From Verrucomicrobiota bacterium (GTDB taxonomy: Bacteria > Verrucomicrobiota > Verrucomicrobiia > Limisphaerales > JACRJY01): a stretch of 64,000 nt of DNA. How positions within the stretch are numbered: the first letter of the stretch is position 1; each line of letters begins with the position of its first letter. The notes beneath the pieces were generated by a model, which saw only the letters and a list, made by a program, of their open reading frames with translations, was not told the origin of the DNA and did no database searches. The translations under genes and the position numbers were made by a program. The stretch spans positions 2,693 to 66,692 of the forward strand of contig JACRJY010000100.1 of NCBI GenBank assembly GCA_016235585.1. The letters run 5' to 3'. Positions 21,456 to 30,229 of this stretch are shown one piece after another.

Positions 21456-22775
21456 ATGCACTCCCCTATTGATCCCAATCCTTCGCGCCGTGAATTTTTG
21501 AAAGCTTCGTCCACTCTCGCTGCCGGCGGCGCGCTGGCGTCGGGCCTCGGATTTCCGTCCGTCGCGCTCGGCGCGGCGACGGGCGACAAGTTGAAGATCG
21601 GCTTCGTCGGCTGCGGCGGGCGCGGCACGGGCGCGGCCAGGCAGGCGTTGAGCGCCGACAGCAACGTCGAGCTTTACGCGATGGCCGACGTGCTGCCGGA
21701 AAAAATCGAGAAGAGCCTCGAAGCGCTGAAAACCCAGGCCGAACCGCAGAAGTTCAACATCCCGCCGGAGCGGCGCTTCGTCGGGCTGGACGCGTATCAG
21801 AAGGTGATCAATTCCGGCGTGGACGTGGTCATCCTCACCACGCCGCCGGGATTTCGCCCGATGCAGTTCAAGGCGGCGGTCGAGGCGGGCAAGCATATCT
21901 TCCTCGAAAAGCCGATGGCCACCGATGCGCCGGGCCTGCGCTCGGTGATGGCGAGCGTCCAGAAGGCGAAGGAGAAGAAGCTCGCGGTTGTCGCGGGATT
22001 CTGCCTGCGCTATGACGCGCCGCGCCGCGCGTTCTTCCGCCAGATTCACGACGGGGCCATCGGCGAGATCAAGGCGCTCTATCACAGCTACCTCACCGGC
22101 CCGGTGAAGCCGATGCCGCCCGCCAGCGAGCGGCCCGCTGGCATGAGCGACATCGAGTGGCAGGTTCGCAACTGGTATAACTTCACCTGGACCTGCGGCG
22201 ACGGCCTCGTCGAGCAGGCCGTTCACAGCGTGGACAAGATGGCGTGGGCGATGAAGGACGTGATGCCCGCCCGCTGCACCGCCGTCGGCGGGCGCATGGC
22301 CCCGAACAACGAGGGCAACATCTACGATCACATCGAGGTGAACTACGAGTGGGAAAACGGCGTGCGCGGTTTCCTCGCGCAGCGGCAGGTCACCGGCTGT
22401 TTTGGCGAGAACAAGGATCTCATCATGGGCACCAAGGGCAACGCCCACATCGGGCGGCGCGGCAAGGCCGCGACCGTGGAGATTACGGGTGAGAAAAATT
22501 GGAGCTACTCCGGCCCCACGCCCGACATGTATCAGGTCGAGCACGACGAGTTCTTCGCTAGCATCCGCCGCGGCAAGCCGATCAACAACGGCGACCGTAT
22601 GTGCACCAGCACGATGATGGCGATCATGGGCCGCATGGCCGCCTACTCGGGGCTGGAAATCACGTGGGACATGGCGCTCAACTCGCAGGAGCGCCTCGTG
22701 CCGGAGCATCTTGATTGGAATGGCAAACACGAAGTGCCGCCCATCGCCATGCCGGGGAAGAAGAAGTTTGTTTAG
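21456..22775 (+). CDS. Tat-exported Gfo/Idh/MocA oxidoreductase
   Basis: 'SRREFLK', 'GFVGCGGRGTGA', 'TTPPGFRP', 'EKP', 'EQAVH'. Confidence 0.9.
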   Translation: MHSPIDPNPSRREFLKASSTLAAGGALASGLGFPSVALGAATGDKLKIGFVGCGGRGTGAARQALSADSNVELYAMADVLPEKIEKSLEALKTQAEPQKFNIPPERRFVGLDAYQKVINSGVDVVILTTPPGFRPMQFKAAVEAGKHIFLEKPMATDAPGLRSVMASVQKAKEKKLAVVAGFCLRYDAPRRAFFRQIHDGAIGEIKALYHSYLTGPVKPMPPASERPAGMSDIEWQVRNWYNFTWTCGDGLVEQAVHSVDKMAWAMKDVMPARCTAVGGRMAPNNEGNIYDHIEVNYEWENGVRGFLAQRQVTGCFGENKDLIMGTKGNAHIGRRGKAATVEITGEKNWSYSGPTPDMYQVEHDEFFASIRRGKPINNGDRMCTSTMMAIMGRMAAYSGLEITWDMALNSQERLVPEHLDWNGKHEVPPIAMPGKKKFV

Positions 22776-22875
22776 AGCGTGTTTTCAAAATGGCATTGGC
22801 GTGGTGACCCGCTCGGTAGCGCAGGATGCCATCCTGCGCTACGCCGCTGGCGTCGGTCATTTTGAAAACCCGCCC
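22773..22875. mobile_element. MITE-like inverted-repeat element with an internal REP-like palindrome
   Basis: TAGAGCGTGTTTTCAAAATGGC ... GTCATTTTGAAAACCCGCCC (17/20); inner GTAGCGCAGGATGCCATCCTGCGCTAC at 22816-22842; supplies the TAG of the upstream gene. Confidence 0.6.
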
Positions 22876-22916
22876 GCAGGCGGTTCTCGCAAGATTTATT
22901 GCGGTGCAGGGATGCG

Positions 22917-22970
22917 GGCGTTGAAGCGGACTGAAGCTCGCGCGCCGGAGCGCGGCGTTCACGCTGCTTC
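22917..22970. repeat. REP-like palindromes related to the copy at 51049
   Basis: GGCGTTGAAGCGGACTGAAGCTCGCGCGCC matches the reverse complement of 51049-51078 at 26/30; followed by GGAGCGCGGCGTTCACGCTGCTTC. Confidence 0.65.
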
Positions 22971-23020
22971 TGCGCCTGATGCAGTTCGGGGTGATTTGGC
23001 AAAAGCCACCAGTCACAAAA

Positions 23021-24046
23021 ATGAAACACAACGCTGCCAAACCCGGTTCGCGCCGGTGGTTTCTGAAAACATCCGCCGCCGCGCTGTGTGGCGGGGCGGT
23101 CGTTTCCCGAGTCGGTTTTCCGCAGGCGGTTCGCGCCGCGCCGGGCAGGCTGGTTTCGCTTTCGCACAATCCCGGCACCGGCGCTTACGACTTCGAGACC
23201 GCGCAGATGTCGGGGAGCATCCAGCCGGAAGGCCCGTATCATGGCGTGACGCACCTCGTGGACAAGCGCATCGGGCGCGAACTGACGGACAAGCGTTACT
23301 CCGCGCTCAATCTCTTCCGCCTCTTTTCCGTCAACCTCGGCATGGGCACGCCGCGTTCGATGGAACGCAAGGTCAAGGCGACGGACACCGCCGTGGAAAT
23401 TACCTGGCCCGCGACCGAAGCGCACCAGGGCGAAATCACCGCGCGCTACGAGGTGCGCGATCCGGACGCGATTGACCTGACAATGACGCTGCGTGTGCGC
23501 GGCACTTACGCGGGCTACGAACTGCTGCTGCCGAGCTATTTCGACAAGACCCTGATTCCGCACGTCTATCTGAAGCGCCGGGCCGTCAGCACCAAGCCGA
23601 CTGACGTGGATCTGGTCGTGCCGATGTTCAACGAAGTTTTTCGCGGCTGCGGGCTGGTCTTCCCACGCGACGCGCACGCGGCGAGGCGGCCCTTCGACGG
23701 GCGCTGGGAGCGCAGCGAATACAAGATGCCGACCGCGCCGTTTCTGCCGGTGCGGCACTACGCGCACCCACTGGCGTTCATGACCGACGCGGAGAAGAAG
23801 CTGGCCGTCGTGCTGATGATGCGCCGCGAGAGATGCTCGGCGATCAGCGCGCGTTATTTCTCCGAGCGCGACGAGGAGCGCGCGACCAGCTACAGCGCGT
23901 TTGATTTTCTCGTGTTCGGCGACGACCTGCTGCCCGGCGACACGCGCACCGCCAAAATCCGCCTCGCGCTGACGCCGCTGGACGCCGAGATGTCGCAGCC
24001 GCTGAAGCTGCATCAGAAGTTTCTCGATGAACGAGACGGCGTATGA
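23021..24046 (+). CDS. Tat-exported hypothetical protein
   Basis: MKHNAAKPGSRRWFLK signal; host-like codon usage; ATGA overlap with the next gene. Confidence 0.75.
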   Translation: MKHNAAKPGSRRWFLKTSAAALCGGAVVSRVGFPQAVRAAPGRLVSLSHNPGTGAYDFETAQMSGSIQPEGPYHGVTHLVDKRIGRELTDKRYSALNLFRLFSVNLGMGTPRSMERKVKATDTAVEITWPATEAHQGEITARYEVRDPDAIDLTMTLRVRGTYAGYELLLPSYFDKTLIPHVYLKRRAVSTKPTDVDLVVPMFNEVFRGCGLVFPRDAHAARRPFDGRWERSEYKMPTAPFLPVRHYAHPLAFMTDAEKKLAVVLMMRRERCSAISARYFSERDEERATSYSAFDFLVFGDDLLPGDTRTAKIRLALTPLDAEMSQPLKLHQKFLDERDGV

Positions 24047-25482
24047 AGAAGAAACTCGAAATCCGAATGACGAAATCCGAAGGAAACCCGAAATCCGAAA
24101 CACGAACCAGCGACGCTCCACCGTCCGAACAGACTCGGACTTCGAGCTTCGAGCTTCCTTCGGATTTCGGATTTCGAGCTTCGGACTTTGGGGCGAACAA
24201 TCCCGCCTCCCGCCGCGAGTTCCTGAAAACCTCCACGACCACGGCGCTCGGCGGCGCGCTGGTTTCCGAAATCAGTTTCCCGGCCGTCACCTCCGCCGCG
24301 CCGAACAGCGACAAGTTGCGCATCGGACTCGTCGGCTGCGGCGGGCGCGGCACGGGCGCGGTGGCGCAGGCCTTCAATGCCGACAGCAACTGTGAACTCA
24401 CGGCGCTGGGCGACGTGTTCGAGGAAAGTCTGCAAAAGAGCCTGCAAATTCTCCGCACCCAGTCGCCGGACAAGGTCAAGGTGACGCCCGACCGTTGTTT
24501 CCTCGGCTTCGACGCGTATCAGAAAGTCATCGCCAGCGGTGTGGACGTGGTGTTCCTGACCACGCCGCCGGGATTCCGTCCGGTTCATCTCAAGGCCGCC
24601 ATCGAGGCCGGCAAGCACGCCTTCATCGAAATCACCGCCGGCGTGGACGCGCCCGGCGTCCGCTCGGTGCTGGCGTCGGCGGAACTGGCGCGGAAGAAAA
24701 ATCTCGGCATCCTGTCGGGCTTCTGCTGGCGCTACAACCGTCACGCGCGCGCCGCCTTGGAGCAGATTCGCCAAGGCGTCATCGGAGACGTTCGTTCCGT
24801 TTACGCGACCTACTACCGCGGCGACCTCACCAGCAAATATCATGGCGAACGCCTGCCGGGGATGACCGACCTGCAATGGATGATTCGCAACTGGCACAAC
24901 TACACCTGGCTTTCCGGCGACGTGATTGTCCTGCTCTCGGGCGGGCACAGCGTGGACAAGATGTCGTGGTGGCTGGGCGATGTCATGCCGGCCAAGGCCG
25001 TCGCGCTCGGCAGCCGCGTGTATCCGGCGGAGGGCAACACGTTCGACAACGCCTTCGTGGTTTATGAATACGCCAGCGGCATTCGCGGCTTCCTCGGCTG
25101 TCGCGGGCAGGCGCGTTGTCACGACGACAACTCGGATTACATCACCGGCGCCAAGGGCGTCTGCACGGTCAACGCGCGGGGCGCGGTGATCCAGGGCGAC
25201 ACGAACTGGCGCTACACCGGGCCGATGACCGCCATGCACCAGAACGAGCAGGACGAATTCTTCGCCTCGATCCGCGCCGGCAGGCCCATCAACGACGGCA
25301 AGCGCATGGCGCACACGACGCTGATGGCCATCATGGGCCGCATGGCCGCCTACACGGGGCAGGAAATCACCTGGGAACAGGCGCTCAATTCGCAGGAGAA
25401 ACTCGTGCCGGACGAGCTGAACTGGGACACAAAAGTCGAAATGCCGCCGCTGGCCTTGCCGGGGAAGACGAAGTTTGTGTGA
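24043..25482 (+). CDS. Second Gfo/Idh/MocA oxidoreductase (paralog of 21456) with a repeat-derived N-terminal extension
   Basis: 'SRREFLK', 'GLVGCGGRGTGA', 'TTPPGFRP', same C-terminal 'PGK.KFV'. Confidence 0.88.
   Translation: MKKKLEIRMTKSEGNPKSETRTSDAPPSEQTRTSSFELPSDFGFRASDFGANNPASRREFLKTSTTTALGGALVSEISFPAVTSAAPNSDKLRIGLVGCGGRGTGAVAQAFNADSNCELTALGDVFEESLQKSLQILRTQSPDKVKVTPDRCFLGFDAYQKVIASGVDVVFLTTPPGFRPVHLKAAIEAGKHAFIEITAGVDAPGVRSVLASAELARKKNLGILSGFCWRYNRHARAALEQIRQGVIGDVRSVYATYYRGDLTSKYHGERLPGMTDLQWMIRNWHNYTWLSGDVIVLLSGGHSVDKMSWWLGDVMPAKAVALGSRVYPAEGNTFDNAFVVYEYASGIRGFLGCRGQARCHDDNSDYITGAKGVCTVNARGAVIQGDTNWRYTGPMTAMHQNEQDEFFASIRAGRPINDGKRMAHTTLMAIMGRMAAYTGQEITWEQALNSQEKLVPDELNWDTKVEMPPLALPGKTKFV
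24051..24189. repeat. Inverted array of CGAAATC-type heptamers
   Basis: GAAACTCGAAATCCGAATGACGAAATCCGAAGGAAACCCGAAATCCGAA ... TCGGACTTCGAGCTTCGAGCTTCCTTCGGATTTCGGATTTCGAGCTTCGGACTTT. Confidence 0.85.
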
Positions 25483-25640
25483 GGATTCGCTTGGGCGGCG
25501 GCTCGACCGCGAGGACGGACTGCGGACAACGTCTCGAGGATCAACAGTTAGCGAACCAACCGCTTCCGAAGCGGAGCAATGACGCGAAAAGCTGGAATCC
25601 GACACTGCCTTGCTAATCAGGCAGTTGCGTGTCCAGCTCT

Positions 25641-25970
25641 TCAGGAGGCCGACTTTCGATGCCAGGTCTCATTCTCGGTGTAGGTGTAAGTGTAGCTGAC
25701 CTCATTCTTGGCGACTGCTTGCAATCGTGCTCTCAAAAAACGACCTGTAGAATTCCAATGGGTGGCGAAGGACAAAACGTCGCCGTCCCACTTGACCTCG
25801 AACACGTCTGCAACCTCCTCATCGTATCGGTCAATGGCACGCACTCTGAAACTTGTGCCGTGCGAGGTGACGATATACTCGATCTCACTCCCATACTCAG
25901 TGCCACTGACCCAACTGCCGACGAGCGGATGCTTCTTCGTGCTCTCCTTTTTGTGGCGGGGCTTTGGCAT
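25641..25970 (-). CDS. Low-GC orphan hypothetical protein (109 aa)
   Basis: ATG to TGA ORF with atypical codon usage; GTTAGGC 13 nt upstream of the ATG. Confidence 0.6.
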   Translation of the reverse strand: MPKPRHKKESTKKHPLVGSWVSGTEYGSEIEYIVTSHGTSFRVRAIDRYDEEVADVFEVKWDGDVLSFATHWNSTGRFLRARLQAVAKNEVSYTYTYTENETWHRKSAS

Positions 25971-26127
25971 GGCGTGCGTGTCGGCCTAACTATGAACATA
26001 CGACGCGGCGTGCACGGGAGCATGCACGGTTGATTTTTGCACCGGCGCGGGTTTTCATGGGGTTATGAAAACAGACCTGCGAATTTCTGGGAAGGATTTT
26101 CCCCGCAACCAAACGCTCAAGGCAGCC

Positions 26128-27048
26128 ATGAATACACGTGCTTCACTCTCCCGCCGCCATTTCCTCGAAACCGCCGCGCTCGGCGTGCTCACGCTAGCCG
26201 CGCCGCTCTCCGCCGCCGCGCCCGGCGGCAAGCGCGCCCTCAAGAAGGGCTACATGCTCTCCGCGTTCCCGGCGGGCGGGCGCGATTTGCCGACGCTGGA
26301 GAAATTCCAGATGATCAAGGCCGCCGGGTTCGCGGGTGTCGAGCCGCGCGGGCTGATGGATCAGGAGGAGGTGCTGCGCGCCCGCGACGCCACGGGGTTG
26401 GAGATTCCCTCGGTCGTCATCGGCGCGCAGACGCGCCCGCTCAACAGCCCCGCGCCGAGCGTCCGCGCGCAGGCCCTCGAGGCGCTGCGGCAGGCGTTGC
26501 GCGACGCCAATCGTTACGGCGCGCGCGCGGTGCTCGCCATCGCGGGCGGTGTGGATGAGAAGACGAGTTACGCCGAGAACTGGGATCGCACGCAGGCGGC
26601 GTTCCGCGAGGCGCTGCCGCTGGCGGGCGAGCTGGGCGTGAAGATTGCCATCGAGAACGTCTGGAACAATTTCCTGTTAAGCCCGATTGAGTTCGCGAAA
26701 TACATTGATGACTTCAACTCGCCGTGGGTGGCCGCGCACTACGACATCGGCAACATGATGTATGTGGGCTGGCCGGAGCACTGGGTGCGCGTGCTCGGCA
26801 AACGCATCGCCACGCTGCACATCAAGGAATACAGCCGCAAGAAGCACGAGAACGAGGGCAAGCGCGCGGGTTTCCAGGTGGACTACCTCGAAGGCGACAA
26901 CAACTGGCCGGCCATCATGCGCGCGCTCGACGACGTCGGCTACGTCGGCTGGGGCATCGCCGAGCCGGCGTATCGCCCGCCGGGCATCGGGCCGGCGGAG
27001 CGGTTGAAGCAGGTTTCCGAGAAGCTGGGGAAGATTTTTGCGATGTAA
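26128..27048 (+). CDS. Tat-exported sugar phosphate isomerase/epimerase (AP_endonuc_2 TIM barrel)
   Basis: 'SRRHFL', 'AGFAGVE', 'IAIENVWNNFL', 'YDIGN', 'HIKEY'. Confidence 0.88.
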   Translation: MNTRASLSRRHFLETAALGVLTLAAPLSAAAPGGKRALKKGYMLSAFPAGGRDLPTLEKFQMIKAAGFAGVEPRGLMDQEEVLRARDATGLEIPSVVIGAQTRPLNSPAPSVRAQALEALRQALRDANRYGARAVLAIAGGVDEKTSYAENWDRTQAAFREALPLAGELGVKIAIENVWNNFLLSPIEFAKYIDDFNSPWVAAHYDIGNMMYVGWPEHWVRVLGKRIATLHIKEYSRKKHENEGKRAGFQVDYLEGDNNWPAIMRALDDVGYVGWGIAEPAYRPPGIGPAERLKQVSEKLGKIFAM

Positions 27049-27082
27049 GCGAAGGCGTTGGGGGATAATCTCCCCCTTAACC

Positions 27083-27259
27083 TCAAGACTGCGCCTGCAC
27101 GTCCAGCACTTCGCCTGGCTCGCAGGTGGCGGCGACTTCAAACGGGCGGCAGCACACTTCGCAATCCGTCACAAAGCGCTGCTCGGCGATGCTCGTGTCG
27201 AGCGCCAGCGTGGATTCCTGCCCGCAGAAAGGGCAAAGGACGACAGCGTCGGCGAGCAT
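27083..27259 (-). CDS. CPXCG-motif cysteine-rich small protein (58 aa)
   Basis: MLADAVVLCPFCGQESTLALDTSIAEQRFVTDCEVCCRPFEV...; missed by the ORF track. Confidence 0.85.
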   Translation of the reverse strand: MLADAVVLCPFCGQESTLALDTSIAEQRFVTDCEVCCRPFEVAATCEPGEVLDVQAQS

Positions 27260-27265
27260 GGCGGC

Positions 27266-28354
27266 CTACGTGATGTGCGCGCCCTGCGTCTCGACATAGA
27301 CGGCGTAGATGCTCGTGCTCGCGGCCATGAAGAGGCGGTTGCGCTTGCGCCCGCCGAAGCAGAGGTTGGCGCAGATTTCCGGCAGCAGAATCATCCCGAT
27401 GCGCTGGCCTTCGGGCGTGAAGCAATGCACGCCGTCGAAGCCGTCGCCCGACCAGCCGGCGGCGGACCACACGTTGCCATCCACGTCGCAGCGGATGCCG
27501 TCGGAGCCGCCGGTGCCGCCGATGGTGCGCCTGCCGTCGCGCGTTTCGATTTCCCGTTTCGGGAACGGCATGGCCGTGAACTGCCGTCCGTCTTTGAGCT
27601 TCGTTCCGCTCACGTCCCAGACCTTGATGTTCTTTGGCGCGCCGGTGTCGGCGACGTAAAGTTTTTTGTAGTCCGGCGAAAAGCACAGCCCGTTGGGTTT
27701 CGTGATGTCGTCGGTGACGAGTTCGGTTTCGCCGGACTTGGGATCAATGCGATACACCGCCTCCTTCAATTCCAGCGGCCCTTTGTTGCCCTCGTAGTTC
27801 ATCATGCTGCCGTAGCCGGGGTCGGTGAACCAGATGCCGCCGTCGGGATGCACCACCACGTCATTTGGCGCGTTGAAGCGTTTGCCGTTGAACTTGTCCG
27901 CCAGCACCGTGACCGCACCGCTGGGCTCGTAGCGGACCACGCGGCGGTTGCCGTGCTCGCAGGAAAGCTGGCGGCCCTCGAAGTCGAAGGTGTTGCCGTT
28001 GCTGTTGCCGGCGGGGTGGCGGAAGATCGAGGTGCGCGCGTCGTCCTCGATCCAGCGGAGCTGCACGTCGTTCGGGATGTCGCTCCACGCGACGTAGCGG
28101 CCCACGCCGTTCCACACGATGCCCTCGGCCCAGAGCATTCCGGGATTGTGATAAAGGCGCTGGATGGGCGTATTGCCGAGCTTGTATTTGTCGAACTTCG
28201 GGTCGAGCGAAAGGATGTCGGGGTCGGGATAGCGCGCCGGGTTCACGCCCGTCCAGTCGCGCGCGGCGGCGAGCGCCGGGGCGAGGGCCGCGCCGGCGGC
28301 GGCGGTGGAAAGAGTCGTGAGGAAGTGGCGGCGGTTCAAGTCGGGTGCATTCAT
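27266..28354 (-). CDS. Tat-exported SMP-30/gluconolactonase
   Basis: 'NRRHFL', 'WAEG', 'WSDIPN', 'SNGNTFD', 'FNAPNDV', 'PNGLCFSPD', 'SDGIRCDVDGNVW'. Confidence 0.92.
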   Translation of the reverse strand: MNAPDLNRRHFLTTLSTAAAGAALAPALAAARDWTGVNPARYPDPDILSLDPKFDKYKLGNTPIQRLYHNPGMLWAEGIVWNGVGRYVAWSDIPNDVQLRWIEDDARTSIFRHPAGNSNGNTFDFEGRQLSCEHGNRRVVRYEPSGAVTVLADKFNGKRFNAPNDVVVHPDGGIWFTDPGYGSMMNYEGNKGPLELKEAVYRIDPKSGETELVTDDITKPNGLCFSPDYKKLYVADTGAPKNIKVWDVSGTKLKDGRQFTAMPFPKREIETRDGRRTIGGTGGSDGIRCDVDGNVWSAAGWSGDGFDGVHCFTPEGQRIGMILLPEICANLCFGGRKRNRLFMAASTSIYAVYVETQGAHIT

Positions 28355-28486
28355 GGTGGAAAGATTGTGTTCGCGCAAAAGTGTCGGCGGCGCGCGGTTC
28401 TGACAAGGAAAAGTCTCGCCCGCAACTCTTCGCGCAACACCTTTGCGCTTGGAAGCGCGGCGGAAACGCCGGCATAATCCGCGCCC

Positions 28487-29431
28487 ATGCGGCCTGTCGT
28501 CTCCCTCCTGATTTACTTCGCCGCAATCTTTGCCGGCGGCGCGCTGCTCGCGCCGTGGCTCTACTGGCTGGCGCAGTGGCTGGCCGCGCATTTCCCGGCG
28601 CTGGAACCGCTGGCGGGCGCGCCGTTCCATCGCTTCGTGAGCCGCGCGTTGCTGGGTGTGGCCGTGCTTGGCCTGTGGCCGCTGGGCCGCCGCCTCGGCC
28701 TGCGCGCCTGGGGCGAGGTCGGGCTGGTGAGTGTTCGCGGGCAGGGGCGGCGGTTCCTCGGCGGCTTTGCGGCGGGGCTGGTTTCGCTGGCGGTCGTGAT
28801 CGGGCTGGGCGTGCTCGTCGGGGCGCGGCCATTGACCGAAAACTTCGATGCAAACTATTTCCTCAAGCACGCGCTCAATGCCGGCGGCTCGGCGCTGGTG
28901 GTGGCGGCGGTCGAGGAAGTGGTGTTTCGCGGCGTGCTCTTCGGCGCGCTGCAACGCGCCTGCCGCTGGCCCGTGGCCGCGCTGGTGTCGGGGGCCATCT
29001 ACGCACTGGTGCATTTTTTCAGCCGCCCCGCTTCGCCAGCGGTGGTGGAGTGGGATTCGGGCTTCGGCGTGCTCGCGCAAATGTTCGCCGGGCTGGGCGC
29101 GGAGCACGCGCTGCTGCCGGGGGCATTGAACCTGACGCTGGCGGGCGTGATTCTCGCGGCGGCGTTCCGGCGCACGGGCAATTTGTATTTCTCCTTCGGC
29201 CTGCACGCGGGCTGGATTTTCTGGCTCAAGACGGGAAAGTTGTGGACGGCGAACGCCAGCGGCTCGGCGGTGTGGTTCTGGGGCGGTTCACAACTCGTGG
29301 ACGGCTGGCTGGCGGTGATTGTGCTGGCCGCAACCGCCGGGGTCGTCTACAAAATCACGGCATCAACCCAACACCCGGCAGATGCACGCTCTCGCACCAA
29401 CGCCCCTGAAAAGCCTGAAAAGCTGGCTTGA
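28487..29431 (+). CDS. CPBP (CAAX-protease-like) intramembrane metalloprotease
   Basis: Multiple TM segments; 'EEVVFRG', 'YALVH', 'GLHAGW'. Confidence 0.88.
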   Translation: MRPVVSLLIYFAAIFAGGALLAPWLYWLAQWLAAHFPALEPLAGAPFHRFVSRALLGVAVLGLWPLGRRLGLRAWGEVGLVSVRGQGRRFLGGFAAGLVSLAVVIGLGVLVGARPLTENFDANYFLKHALNAGGSALVVAAVEEVVFRGVLFGALQRACRWPVAALVSGAIYALVHFFSRPASPAVVEWDSGFGVLAQMFAGLGAEHALLPGALNLTLAGVILAAAFRRTGNLYFSFGLHAGWIFWLKTGKLWTANASGSAVWFWGGSQLVDGWLAVIVLAATAGVVYKITASTQHPADARSRTNAPEKPEKLA

Positions 29432-30146
29432 TGCCGCCGCCGGATTTTTCTACCCTCCGTGCTGCCAAATCTGCCGCGCCGCCCGCGCGGAACCGGGCGA
29501 GGGATTCGTCTGCCCGGACTGCCGCCGGGGCGTGAAGCGGCTGGAGCCGCCGTGGTGCGAGCGCTGCGGGCTGCCGTTCGAGGGTGACTTGACGGCGGCG
29601 TTCGAGTGCAGCAACTGCCGCGAGATGGAACTGCATTTTCAATGGGCGCGCGCCGCCGTGGCCGCGGACGGAACCGTGCTGGACGTGATTCATCGTTACA
29701 AATATCAGCGGGAACTGTGGTTCGAGCCGTTTCTGGCGGGCTTGCTCGCCGAGCGGGCCGAGTCGCTGCTACGCGACGCGCCGTGCGACGTGATTGTCCC
29801 CGTGCCGCTGCATCCGCTCAAAAAACGTGAGCGCGAGTTCAACCAGGCCGAGCGCCTGGCTGCCTGCCTCGGACGCGCGGTAAAGATTCCCGTGGACACC
29901 CGCCTCCTTGAAAGGGTCGAATACACCCGCACGCAGACCCGGCTTGACCGTCCGGCGCGCGCGGCCAACGTGCGCCGCGCCTTCGCCCTGCGCCCCGGAG
30001 CAAGCCTGCGCGGCGGGCGCGTGCTGGTGGTGGACGACGTGATGACGACCGGCGCGACGACGAGCGCGTGCGCGAAAGTGCTCCGCGACGCCGGCGCGGA
30101 CGAAGTGGTGGTGCTGACCGCCGCGCGCGGGCTGCGCGGACTGTGA
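29382..30146 (+). CDS. comF: ComF family protein
   Basis: N-terminal Cys zinc ribbon; 'VPVPLH..REREFNQA', PRTase 'VLVVDDVMTTGAT'. Confidence 0.9.
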   Translation: MHALAPTPLKSLKSWLDAAAGFFYPPCCQICRAARAEPGEGFVCPDCRRGVKRLEPPWCERCGLPFEGDLTAAFECSNCREMELHFQWARAAVAADGTVLDVIHRYKYQRELWFEPFLAGLLAERAESLLRDAPCDVIVPVPLHPLKKREREFNQAERLAACLGRAVKIPVDTRLLERVEYTRTQTRLDRPARAANVRRAFALRPGASLRGGRVLVVDDVMTTGATTSACAKVLRDAGADEVVVLTAARGLRGL

Positions 30147-30229
30147 TTTTGCGTGAAGCCTGAAACAACATTGCAACCCAACCTACTGCCCGCCCGGCGC
30201 GGCGCGGCTTCCGCCCAGCTCTGATTCCC

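Noticed and set aside
27266-29206. 646-aa ORF as one protein
   Set aside because: Only the part from ATG 28354 is the gluconolactonase; the rest is antisense to the CPBP gene.
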